From the human T2T-CHM13v2.0 reference genome, Homo sapiens, in the NCBI RefSeq assembly GCF_009914755.1, contig NC_060928.1: a DNA stretch of 64,000 nt; one strand, given 5' to 3'. Below are positions 16,170 to 28,890 of the stretch, one piece after another (position 1 is the first letter of the stretch; each line of letters starts with the position of its first letter). A model generated the notes under the pieces. It was not told the DNA's origin. It saw only the letters and a list, made by a program, of their open reading frames with translations, and did not search any database. The position numbers and the translations under genes are program-made.

Positions 16170-18050
16170 TTATTTGATGTCCTATGGGATTTCTGGATCT
16201 GAAAATGTAATTCCATCCCAGACTTGGGAAGCTTTCTGTCATTATTTTTTTGAATATATTTTCTATCTCTTTCTGTCTTTTTCTATTCTGACATGCCAAG
16301 TATGTGTAAGTTGTTCTGTTTAATGGCATCCCATAAGTCTCTTAAACTATCTTTACATCATCTCATTGTTATTATTATTATTGTTTTTTGTTCCTCAGAA
16401 TGGCTAATTAACAGTTATCTGGCTTCAAGTTCACTGATTCTTTCTTGTGCTTGATCTAATCTGTTGTTGAACCCTTCTCTTGAATTCTTCAGTTTGGTTA
16501 TAGCATTTTTTAGATCCAAGATTTCTTTTCGGTATTTTTTAATACTTTATATCTCTTTGTGGAAATTCTAAGCTTGTTGTTGCATTTTTATCTTGAATGC
16601 TATGCACATATTCATGACCTTTATTTTGACTTCCTTGTTGGGTAAATCAGAAAAATCCATGGTATTTAGTTCAGTTTCTGAAGATTTATGTTCTTTTTTT
16701 TTTGGTTTAAAATTTTAGATTTAGTTAGAAGTGTTTGGGTATTGGATGCAAGTTCTAGTTCTTTTATCTTCACAATGAGATTGAGTGCAGGTATCTATCT
16801 CCCACACAAATGCCTATATTCACATTTAGGTTGCACCTTCTGATTTTGAAAAGATAGCTGCTAGGAGTGGGCCCATTTTATGTATATCTGTTTATATTCT
16901 GTGTTTTGAAGTCACTTGATTTTTCAGAGCTAGGTCACTAAAGAGGCAGACTGTGAGGTGAAAACTATGAAATGTGGTGCTTGTTGTGTGGCCAAACTCC
17001 TTCCAGAAAGACTGGATGGACCTGGCTATATATGGGGAATTGAGGAGGACATCTTGTGAAGTGCCAAGCTTTGGCTCTGGCTACAAAGAGCTATTGTTTG
17101 TTTAGCCTGTTAGTTCACTGATGCAAGTTCATTGGAGACTATGCCATCAAGTGGCCACTAAGAGTATGTTTCATAAACTCTTCCTGTAGAGAAAGTCACA
17201 CCTGCAAGGGCCTGCCCCTTCACTGCAATGCTCCAAGGAGGTGTACCCTCTGGAAGTCTTTGGATGCCTGTTTAAAACGAGCTCTTTGTTCTGGAATCAA
17301 GAATACTTAACAAACACTTTGTCCCTTCTTTCCCCATAGTAACTAGGTTTAAGATAAAGTCCTTTGGGATGTAGCTTTAGCAACTATGGGTCTTAATGTA
17401 TCTTAAACCCCTTCCATGAAGAAAGAGGGAGTTTCATTTTTTAGGGCCCTTCTCTGCACTGCCACTAGAAGATAAAGTCTCTGGAGGTGTTTTAACACCC
17501 ACTTAAAGAGACCAATCCTTTTCTGCTGTGTAGAAAGATGTATGCATGCCAATCCTTTCTACTTCCAGAGCTAAGAGACTTACAATGCAGTATCTTAGGT
17601 GAATATTATAAAAGTTAAGGCTTTTGGTGTAAGTGCAAACTTTTTGAGGCTAGTAGCAAATCGGTAATTTTCTCTTTAACTCCTCAATGCAAGTTAACTG
17701 GAAGTCAGACTACCAGTTAGCTGCTGGAGAAGTATTTTGTAAATCCCTTGTGGGAAAACAGAGAACTGTGATTTTTAAGTCTCTTCTATGCACTGCTTCA
17801 AGGGCGATAAATTACCTGGGAATGCTTACTCACCTGTATAAGATTGGTGATTCATTTACTACAGTCTGAAGAGACACTAACGTGTCTAATCCATTCCATT
17901 ATTGCAGTTGGTGAATTAAGGACCCACTTGTGGGCAAACTTCGGATTAAGGTCTATATGTGAGATCCAGACCGTCCTCTCCACAGTGTGAAACTGAATGT
18001 TTTATGGCTGTTTTATGGCACAGTGCTCTGGGTGGGGTCCATGCTCAATT
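16170..18050 (-). mobile_element. Old L1M ORF1 / 5' UTR region
   Basis: T-rich reverse-complement ORF1-like sequence ('cagacttgggaagctttctgtcattatt', 'ggcttcaagttcactgattctttcttgtgcttgatctaatctg') followed by a degenerate, internally repeated 5' region. Confidence 0.6.
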
Positions 18051-18135
18051 GTTCCTCAGCTTCTCCCAAGATAAATAAAATATTTCAAAAATATTTTTCT
18101 AGTATTATGTTTTCACCTTTAAAATTGTAATCTAT

Positions 18136-18187
18136 GGATGGGTGTGGTGGGTCATACCTGTAATACCAACACTTTGGGAGGCTGAGG
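18136..18187 (+). mobile_element. Alu/FLAM 5' fragment (~52 bp)
   Basis: 'ggatgggtgtggtgggtcatacctgtaataccaacactttgggaggctgagg'. Confidence 0.8.
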
Positions 18188-18859
18188 TATGTTTTTAAGC
18201 CTTGTATCACATGTCCAGAGCCATGTTCAGTTTGGCACTAATGTAGATCTACCCTCAAATCATGACCTTTCCAAGGACTCTGCGCAATGTCACCTGTAAT
18301 ATGAAGCCTCTACTTCTGGTGATGAGGCCACAACTCTTTCCATCTCCATTTCAGTTACAGAAATTGTTTGGCCTACTGTATTCTGGTGTTTTCTCTGGAT
18401 TCTTATGTAGTTACACCCAATGTATGCAAAAAATCAGGACTCACCCAAAGACTTAAAGAGACTCCTATGAAGATTGCTAGAGTTCTCTCTCTTCCTAGTT
18501 TATTTTTTTCCAGCAGTCAATCCCACACATTCTCCATGTCTCTGACACATTAAGTTACAGTATCTTTCTCCTCAAAACAGTCAGATGCTGTTTTGGTTAC
18601 CTCATGTCATGCAGTGGCCTGATAACCAACTTCATACAGTAAACTAAAGCAATGGTAGAAATGTTGTTTACATCTCTTTCCTCATAGATCACAATCCTGC
18701 AATGTCAATTGTCTAATATCTGAAATTTTTATGTAATTTTTATGATTTTTGGTTGCTTATGACCTTAAGACAATTGTCATGGGAGTTAAAAAAGAATGTG
18801 GGGCTGGACAAATACTTATAATCCTAAACACATTTTGTTTTACAAAACAGAAGATGAGA

Positions 18860-19395
18860 GAACACTGAACAACTCATTTATATAACTACCATCACCTTGA
18901 TACCAAAACCATATGAAGACATTATACAAAATTTATTCTGTATAAATCATTTATTGTCTTATGATCCTGACCATTGTGTTAAACCTAGAAAAAGAAATAA
19001 AATCCACCTAGATTAGAAAGTGACTAAGGCTGTCTTTGCCTACAGACTATAGAACAGTCTATGTATGAAATCCCTGGGGCTTAAAAAAAAGGTACAAGAA
19101 TTTAGAGTTGAGTTTAGTAAGTAAACAGGATACAAAATTAATATGCAAAAGTTAGTTATATGTCTACATACTAGCAATGAATATTTGAAAATTTATATTA
19201 AAAATAAATGCCCTTTACAAAAGGTTTCAAAAACGCAAAACAATTAAAGATAATATTAAGGAAATATTTGCAAAACCAAGACACTGAAAACTTCCAAGTT
19301 TTGCTAAAATAAAGAGGACCAAAATAACCAGAGAAATACATTACCTGTAAGGATCTGTACATTCCGCATTATGAAGATGTTCCTAAATAGATATT
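18860..19395 (+). mobile_element. Degraded old L1 ORF2 fragment
   Basis: 'ccttgataccaaaacc', 'gagtttagtaag...caggatacaaaattaatatgcaaaa' resemble the L1 reverse-transcriptase region. Confidence 0.6.
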
Positions 19396-19454
19396 ATTCT
19401 ACACCTCCGCTTTTTGACTAGGATTTTATATTAATTTAATTCATTCATTATGCT

Positions 19455-19860
19455 TTTTATTTATTTTATGTAATTTTTAATTTTTATTTTAAGTTCTGGA
19501 ATACATGCACATGATATGCAGGTTCGTTACACAGGTAAACCTGTGCCATGGTGATTTGCTGTACTTATTAACCCATTACCTAGGTACCAAGCCCAGCATG
19601 CATTAGCTATTTTTTTCCTAATGCTCTCCCTCTCTCCACCACCTTCTCTCGACAGGCCCCAGTGTGTGTTTTTCCCCTCCCTGTGTCTATGTGTTCACAT
19701 TGTTCAGCACCCACTTATAAGTGAGAACATGCAATGTTTGGTTTTCTGTTCCTGCATTAGTTTACCGAGGATGATGGCTTCCAGCTCCATCCATGTCCCT
19801 CCAAAGGGCATAATCTCGTTCTTTTTATGGCTGAATAGTTTTCCATGGTGTATATGTACA
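19455..19860 (-). mobile_element. L1PA (L1PA8-13-like) 3' end, heavily 5'-truncated
   Basis: T-rich tail then 'ttaagttctggaatacatg...ccacttataagtgagaacatgc...ttccatggtgtatatgtac'. Confidence 0.88.
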
Positions 19861-21019
19861 ACAAACCCATGTAGCAGTAGTAACAGAGCCTAACTTTCTG
19901 AGAAAAAACAAATATAGGAAAAGTCACCTAATATTCATTATCCACAGGACACCTATATTGAAAATGTTCTTTACTACAAGCACAATACATGAGAATAAAA
20001 AGACCATTTACCCAAATGCTCATACAAATGAAAAGCTCTAGCAGATGGTGTTAGCAGAGGTAAAAACAAAATTTATTCAAGGATTTCTTATGTGTCCTTC
20101 AAAGCTAATGGCTAAAAGCTGAATGAGCAGAATGCTTGGCAAGGGGCAGAGTTATTTTAATACAAAAGCCTACATAAGGATTTTAATATTTCTGTGGTTC
20201 TTTCCATCATCCTTTAGCTATGAAAGATGCTATGCTTGTAAAAAAATGTACATAGCAGCAGAAGAAAATTGAGCAAAAACCTGATATTCCAAAGTCTATG
20301 GAAATAATAGAGAACACATGCTTATTTAAAAACACATTTGCAAACATGTACACAATAGATAATTTTTAGAAAAAATATTTGTTTGTTTTTTTATTTTACA
20401 GGATTTAAACCTTAGGGAAGTTAAATGTCTTCACCAGGTTTAGAAATTTTGTGACTTGATGGCAGATTCATGACTTGATCTCAATTCTTTGTCATTTTAA
20501 AGGTTTGAAGTAGACAGTATATATAGAGAGCATTCAAATTTCAAGAATTACTCCGATAAAATATTCTTTTTTTAACATTTCAATTGCATTTTTAAAATAC
20601 AAGTGTTAACTTTTTAAGGAACTGAGTGTAAATCTTTCAAAATAAGGAAATCCCTTTTGGCCAAGACAACCAAATAAAAAAAAAATCTTGTGGAATATAG
20701 TCTAATGATAAAGATGGTTTGGTAATAGGATTCTTATTATTATATTTACCCAGTATTACTTTTTTTATATAGCGATATTACAGAATGTACATATTTATGA
20801 GAGAAGAGAATGGAAATAGGTGGAATATAATCCACAGGCAGAGAAGTTGGCTTTACAGAGAAACATAGATTGTCCATCTGGAGTAGCACGAGGGAAGAGA
20901 GAACATATGGGTATATATTCAGTGGTTTTGTAGATGTCGTTCTCACAGTGCATGAAATTGTTCTTATTCTTTTCTCAGTCAAATAAAAGTAAAGAGAATA
21001 TAGAAGACATGCATACACA

Positions 21020-21591
21020 TGATGCAGAAAATAGTTAATACCACAGGCCTAAGACTGCTGTCCTGAGAAAAGCTTGTTTTCAAAGTTGGCCTTTTCTGGT
21101 GTCTGGAAACTTGAATAATGGGCACATTCGCACTATTCTCAGAACTAAGAGTGGCTCACTCTGCCTAACTGATTTGTACAAAAATGTGGTTTTATGCTGT
21201 ATATCTACTTTCCTGTCTGGGAGCCTAGAAATTTGGTATATGCTACGCAAAGGGTGCCTATGTGAATAGCCCCCACGGAAAACGTAGGGCTGAGTTTCTA
21301 ATGAGTTTCCCTGGTAGACAATATTTAATATATGTTGTCACAGGTGGTTGCTGGAACAGTTAAGCACATCCTATGTGACTCAAATCACAGAGGACTCTTG
21401 AAAGTTTCGACCTCGCTTCCTCTGGATTTTGCTGTATGTGCCTTTTCCTTTTACTGACTTCGTTTTATATTTTTCGTAATAACATGTCATAGCCACGCAT
21501 AGCCATGAATACAAATATATGCAGAGTCCTATGAGTCCTCTTAACAAGACATCAAACCTAGGGGTGATCTTGGAGACTACTGTCCAACACA
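21020..21591 (+). mobile_element. MER68 (ERVL) solo LTR
   Basis: 'tgcagaaaatagttaa...ggcctaagactgct...agagtggctcact...ctaatgagtttccctggtagacaa...aacctaggggtgatcttgg...caacaca' matches the recalled MER68 consensus. Confidence 0.8.
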
Positions 21592-22229
21592 CATACACTC
21601 TCTTTCTCTCTCCCTCTCTCTCTATATATATACACACATATATATGTGTATATATTATATATTGTATAATTATATAAATTAATATATACATATTTATTTA
21701 TGGTTAGAATATCAAATAGCACAGATCAATAATTTAAACAGTTTATGATAAGAGGTCTCACTCTATCAGTGTTGACAAAGTATTTTAGTATCAGTTATAC
21801 ATGCAGAATACATAATCACATTTCATTGTGAGAAAATGGTAAAAAAATTATTTTGATTTTTTAAATTTATAATTAATTAAGTAGATATGGGATATAGTGT
21901 AAAATATTTAGAATTTCTGAGATCCTGAGGTTAAACTTGAGGAATCTGTTTTGGTTCAATTCTTTTTTTATTTTTCAATTTATTTCAATTTATTTTTATT
22001 TTTATATTTTTTAAATTAGAGCTAATTCCTAACTACAATATTAGAAATATTGGGTGGAAAATATGAAATATATCATTATATCATTTTATATCACGATATA
22101 AAAGGTAGAATCAAAATCCAGAAAAAGAAAAGACAGATTTAAGAACATGTAACTTCAATAAAAACATAAGCCTTATAGGAAAGCAGGGGAACTACTGATA
22201 TTTTAAGCAGCAGTCCACAGAGAATTAAC

Positions 22230-23130
22230 AAAATAAAAGTTACATTTAAAGAATTTCTCAGAATTCATGACATAAAGTCAAAGTGATATGAAATATAAAA
22301 TAGAAGATACATGATAGAGAGGCTAGAAAAGGTCGATTATTCATGAAATCAGAGTCCTAGAATAAGAGAATAGAAAGATTGTGAAAAGGCAATATTTGAA
22401 GGAACATTTTTTCCCAAATGATGGAAGACTTTAATTTACAGTTTCAGAAACTTAATAGATGCTAAGCAATAAAAATGAAACAAAATGTATTGTAAGCCAC
22501 ATAATAACATAATTACTGAATGCCAAAATCAAAGATATCTTAAAGTATCTAGAACATATAAATTAGTTATTTACAAATAATAACAAACAAACCAATACAA
22601 AAAATTCAAATGCAACAGTGAAAGCTAGAAGAATAATTGCATCAAAAGTTTAAGAAAGAAGAGAATTCTCACACTAAACTTTATCCCCATCTTTATGCTG
22701 TTTCTGGAATAAAAGTAAAATATGGTATTTTATATGGAATAAAAACTAATGGAATTTACTGGTAATAAGCTCCACTAAAATAACTGTTAAAGAACATACT
22801 TCAAGAAGATAAAAATGATTCCTGAAGAAATATGAAGTGCAAAAATTAAAAGGAAACAATTATAAATACAATTATAAGCAAATGTTTACTGTATAAAACT
22901 AATGATGGTGTCTCTGTGTTTGGACGAAAAAAGATAGAACTAACCAAAATGTTGGGAAATGTCAACCATAAGACAGAATAAGAATGAGAGATATTAAAGT
23001 GCTTTAAGATTCTAAAGGGAGATATAGTCATACTTTTTCCTCTAAGTATGCATATTACACTTTTAAGGGTAATCAATAAACAATATAAATATAATAAACT
23101 GGTATGTAACTATCACCCAGTAAGATGATA
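22230..23130 (+). mobile_element. Ancient L1 (L1ME-like) ORF1/inter-ORF remnant
   Basis: A-rich sequence with ORF1-like motifs ('aggcaatatttgaagg...tttcccaaatgatggaagac'). Very diverged. Confidence 0.5.
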
Positions 23131-23387
23131 AATTTTAGCCATGGTTCTAATATTTGTTTAGTTTAGCAAATTTAGATGTGCATCAGCATTATTTGTATCA
23201 TTTGAAGTGAGGTTTGTTTGTTGTTGTTTTTTGGTACACAGCATGTAGTTAGATCTTTTTTTTTCCTAATCCACTTTGTTAATCTCTGCCACGAATTTAA
23301 TATGAACTGATTTGACTGAAGTACTTTTACTTCTCAATCTTTCATCACTGATTGTCTGGACACTACTTTTATGTTATGTTCTGGATT

Positions 23388-24714
23388 TTTTTTACATATA
23401 CATACATACTTTAAGTTCTGGGCTACATGTGCAGAAGGTGCAGTTTTATCACACAGGTATACACGTGCCCTGGTGGTTTGCTGCACCCATCAGCCCATCA
23501 CCTACATTAGGTATTTCTCCTAATGCTATTCCTCCCCTAGCTCCCCACCCCCTAACAGGCCCCAGTGTGTGATAATCCCCCCCCACCCTTGTGTCCAAGT
23601 GTTCTCATTGTTTAACTCCCACTTATGTGTGAAAACATGCAGTGTTTGGTTTTCTGATTTTTGTGATAGTTGGCTGAGAATGGTGGTTTCCAGCTTCATC
23701 CATGTCCTGCCAAAGGACATTAACTCATCCATTTTATGGCTGCATAGCATTCCATGGTGTATATGTACTATATTTTCTCAATCCAGTCTATCATCAATAG
23801 ACATTTGAGTTTGTTCCAAGTCTTTGCTATTGTGCATAGTGCCTCAATAAACATATGTGTGCATGTGTCTTTATTGTAGAATGATTTATAATCCTTTGGC
23901 TGTATACCCAGTAATGGGATTGCTGGGTCAAATGGTATTTCCAGTTCTAGATCCTTGAAGAATCACCACACTGTCTTCCACAATGGTTGAACTAATTTAC
24001 ACTCCCACCAACAGTGTAAAAGCATTCCTATTTTTCCACATCCTTTACAGCATCTGTTGTTTTCTGACTTTTTAATGATTGCCATTCTAACTGGTGTGAG
24101 ATGGTATCTCATTGCGGTTTTGATTTGCATTTCTCTGATGACCACTGATGATGAGCGTTTTTTCATATGTCTGTTGGCTGCATAAGTGTCTTCTTTTGAG
24201 AAGTGTCTCTTCATATCCTTTGCCCACTTTTTGATGGGGTTGTTTGTTTTTTCTTGTAAATTTGTTTAAGTTCTTTGTAGATTCTGGGTATTAGCCCTTT
24301 GTCAGATAGATAGATTGCAAAAATTTTCTCCCATTCTGTAGGTTGCCTGTTCACTCTGATGATAGTTTCTTTGGCTGTGCAGAAGCTCTTTACTTTACTT
24401 AGATCCCATTTGTCAATTTTGGTTTTTGTTGCCATTGCTTTTGGTGTTTTAGACATGAAGTCTTTGCCCATGCCTACATCCTGGATGGTATTGTCCAGGT
24501 TTTCTTCTAGGATTTTTATGTTCCTATGTCTTATGTTTAAGTCTTTGATGCATCTTGAGTTGATTTTTGTAAAAGGCATAAGGAAGGGATCCAGTTTCAG
24601 TTTTCTGCATATGGCTAGCCTGTTTTCCCAACACCATTTATTAAAAAGGGAATCTTTTCCCCATTGCTTGTGTGTGTCAGGTTTGTCAAATATCATGTGG
24701 TTATAGCAGTGTGG
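23388..24714 (-). mobile_element. L1PA7-like 5'-truncated LINE-1
   Basis: ORF2 C-terminal peptides (24211-24696 [21 protein letters not shown], 23963-24214 [14 protein letters not shown]) and an L1PA 3' UTR. Degenerate TSD tatgttctggattttt (23375) / tatgatcttgattttt (24715). Confidence 0.93.
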
Positions 24715-25837
24715 TATGATCTTGATTTTTTAAAATGACTCACCTATTATGTAGTCTTGGGTAATATTGCTCTTAGGGCCCATTCTTCATATTTCTGATT
24801 TTAATTATTCAGTGAATATGAAATAATATATAAATAGTTTGTAAATCACTGAATTCTTGAAGTAAAGTTCTGGGGAAAAGTGATAAATGAATCTTGATTG
24901 GAGATAGAACATGAGTCTCTACTCCTGCTTATACTAGAATTCTAGCCAATGTCTCAGAAAACAAAATTGCTGGGTTTGAAAATGTCCCAAATTTTCCTGA
25001 TCCATTTTAATTTTAAATCTTTTTCAAAAATACTTTTTATATTATAACAATATGTTATTTTAGAACATCCAGTTTTAAAGCTGATACATGAGCTTTAAAA
25101 TTTGTTAATTTCTGTTAGAAGTGATTTTACCTGTTTTTTAGGTATTTTGGGCTTGTTCATAAATACAGAGCTGATTTATATTTTTTATGGCCACCTTTTA
25201 AAGCTGTAGCCAAGAAGCACCAAAACACTGTTAAAGACTTTCAAATAAACATGATTCCTTGGACATAGTTCCCTTCATGTTCAACATACTTTATGTCCTT
25301 TTTAATGCTTTAATATGCTACATTTAACCAGTTTCTATTTCCATGACCTTGTTCTATGGCTTGCCATTCACAAATATAAGTATTGCTTAATGTTGTCCAT
25401 AATTACTTTTCCAAACTAATAAAAAATATACATTTTCTCCTTGGATTTCAAAGCAGTTTATTTTACTATGTTATGTTGTAAAAATTCATGAAAACAAAAA
25501 TATAATAGTAAAGAAGAATAATTAATAAACTTCATCTTAACAATGAGCTAGGTATTCACAAATGGGTAAGCTTCAAAATTATTCAACATTAACAAATTAA
25601 TTAAAATGATTTTTTTAATCAGTCATTGGCTGGACATTTCAAACCCCAATGAGAAATTTTATCTAGCACAAAATAAATTTAAGTACTAATATGTTATCAG
25701 GATTTGCTTTTAGCTTACTACTTGCAAGATTTAAAGAGTTCTGAGTTCTGAGAGAATTGAACATAAAACTTTATTAGAAGGTACACACAGAAAGATCTCT
25801 GTGGCTAGGATATAGTGTTCTCCTCCCTTATGGTAGC

Positions 25838-26266
25838 TGTCTTAATCCATTTTGTGCTGCTATAACAGAATACCACAGATTGAGTACTTTATGAAGTACA
25901 GAAATTTATTCTCTCAAAATTCTGGAAACTGAGAAGACCGAGATCAAGACAACAGCATCTGGTGTGGGCTTTCTTACTGTGTCCTCACATGGCAGAAGGC
26001 AGACAAGCAAGAGAGAGACAAGTGCTGAATCCCCAAATGGTAGAAGAGCAGAATCAAATAAACCCACTCCCACAAGCCCTTTTTATAGTTGCATTATAAA
26101 ACGGGCTTGTGGGAGTGCTCTATCCACATATCCTCATAAATCCTATCCACATTTTTGAGGGTAGAGCCTTCATGACCTAAACACTTCCCATTAGGCCCCA
26201 CCTTTCAGCATTATTGCATTGGGAATTGAATTTTAACATGAGTGTTGGAGGGGACAAAAGCACTCA
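25838..26266 (-). mobile_element. MST (MSTC/D-like) MaLR solo LTR containing an inserted inverted duplication
   Basis: 'tgtcttaatccattttgtgctgctataacagaataccacag...ggccccacct...aacatgagtgttggaggggacaaa'. Confidence 0.82.
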
Positions 26267-28569
26267 GTAGGACCTGTCTCCTTCTATAGCAAGACGATTG
26301 ACACTGATGACACACAACTACAATTTTCCCCTTTAATTTTGATTTTTAAGAAAAGAGTTTCTTCTGTTCTCCAACAGAGTTATTACAATGCAGTAGAAAT
26401 GAAAACATTTTTCTGGACAGAGTTCAAGATAAAAGACTTCAGATCACATCATACATTTCTTCTATTCCCTCTCTTAAAATTATATAATGGGGATGGTTAA
26501 TAGCTTTACTCTGCCATGCTTTCTAAGTGCTGCATTTCGATTCTGTTTGTTCATCTGACAGATTTTAATTCTATTTGCTCACAGGTGAAGCAAGCAAATA
26601 ACTAATGCTCAGAGAGCCTTCCTCAGCTTGGTCTCTGGAACTTTCAACACTCACTACCCACATATTCCCTCTCCAGCACAATAGTCAAGCATACAATTGG
26701 GTTATAAACCTACTGATAACCAGGAAAAAAAGAGGGAAATTGAATGTTAGAGATTTCTATTAAAAAAAATGAAAATCTCTGGGAAAACAAAATTTTAATA
26801 GGATTGGATATAAATGAATTTTCTGATTTTTATTGAGAAACATTTTCTCACATAACTTATAGGCATAGCCTTTGGAAATAAAACTAGTCAAGTCAAAATG
26901 TGGTTTATTATTTTCATTCCATGTAATCATCAAAGAAAATGAAGATCTCACCATTAAATATGATTTCTCTACAGTGATTCTATGAGGATCTATACTAATT
27001 TTTGTGTGAACCTGACATTGAATATGAACATATTTACTAATGTTCAGCATTGCACATTAATTGGAAAATAAGCCTTGGAATACAGAGTATGAAAGGACTC
27101 TTCACCTTTGCGTGACCTTCTCTAAATATAGCTTCTCTACTTTAAGCATTTGATAGGTCTTGGAATGCAGACAACTTGAGTTTACATTTTCTGACAAGTA
27201 TTTTTAAGTGCATTTTTCCTCTGGTAAGTTATGATGAATTATATGCTCTGTAAAGAAGAGAAATGCATAGTAGATTTGACATTTTTATATAAAACCTGAA
27301 AATTTGTGGAGAGTTAGAGAAACGAATTAAAACTATATACTGAAGTGGGTAACATATGGGGTGATTTCTGAGTTCAGACTTTGGCAAGTAGACAGTAGCA
27401 GTTTTACCTTCTTTGAAACTCCAATTAAAATGTTTATAAGGACTGAGAAAAAAATATGAATAAAAATTGCTATGGCATTGGCGCCTAAGAAAAATAGATA
27501 TGAGTAAGCATGCCTAAATTTAAGCAGGACTGCAATTTTAACACCCATTGAAGTAGTCAGTAGTCTTTCAGGCCAAAAATGGCATATGAAACAAGGATCA
27601 TTTTACATTAATAAATGTTAAAATCCTGAGTGAAGATATAATGGTCCTGAACTTTTATCACGCTAGTAGTTTTGGACACACCGCTATCAATTTTTGTTAG
27701 GCCAAGTATATTTAAAAAATCAGTTAAGCCTTGTTTTAAGGGATTCAGATACAGATCTGAATGAAAGAAAGCAGACACGTCTTATGTATTATTTTCAAAT
27801 AGTTAAATGGAGATATCTTAGGTCTGTATTATCTTTGTACGCCAAGGTGCAGAAGGAGATGAAGATAAAGTCTCTGAAACTTTGAAAGGCCTTATACGAA
27901 GCTTTAATAAGAGTGGATGGAAATTCAGCAGATAAATTGACACTTGAGGAACATTCACACGGAGCTATTTAGAATGGATAAGAGAGAACGAGGGCTGCAA
28001 GAAGGGTCAAAAGGGTTCTATTGCAGCGGTGCTTTAATGAATGGGGAAGGCTAATACTGAGTTATAGAAGATCTGAACAATATTGTAAAGGAATCAGTGG
28101 CAGATTGCCATGAACTACATGAGACTAGGAGGCAAAATTGTGTAAGTCAATGGGATATTTAAATGTGATTTCTGTTCCTTTTTTCATCTTTTCTACAATG
28201 GAACAAAATTAGGAATCCATTTTGTTATGATTGGCTCGAACCAACCTCAGTTCTGATTCACTTACAGATCTATTTTCCCCAGATCATGAAATATCTATGT
28301 CTGATGGCTTTTTCCTATTACAACTCATGCAGCAATAAGAAGTTAATCTAGCCAATGGATTTTTCAGGTTCCAGTTCATTAAGTTGCTAGAAAACCACAT
28401 TACAAAAGAACATAAGCATTTCTGATAACTTGCCATAACTGTTTTCACCAATTATTCTGAATATATTGCCTCACAAAGATCAGGTTCTTTGGAAATCGTT
28501 CATGAGTTTAGTATCAGAGGGAACAGAATGTAATTTTTAAAACATATGATTATATAGTGACTCTGTATT

Positions 28570-28890
28570 TAATTGTTTGAGGGCTGCCGGACTTTCTCCC
28601 AAATAATTACATCATTTTTATTCCCACCAACAGTGTATGAGGCTTCTGATTGATGTAATCAAATTCTTACTTGTACTTGTCATTATCTGACTTTCTGATT
28701 GTAGCTATTCTAGTGGGTGCGATTTGGTATCTCACTGTGGTTCTGAGTTGCATTTTCCTGATAATTGATTATATCACCATCTTTTCATATGCTTATTATC
28801 TATTTTTATAGCTCTTTTGGAGACATGTCTATCCAGATTTTCTGCCCCTTTTAAAATTTGGTTATTTGTATTTTTGTTATTTAGATGAAT
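28570..28890 (-). mobile_element. Old L1 (L1MB/MC-like) ORF2 3' fragment
   Basis: 'ttcccaccaacagtgtatgag...tggtatctcactgtggtt...cttttcatatgctta'. Confidence 0.75.
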
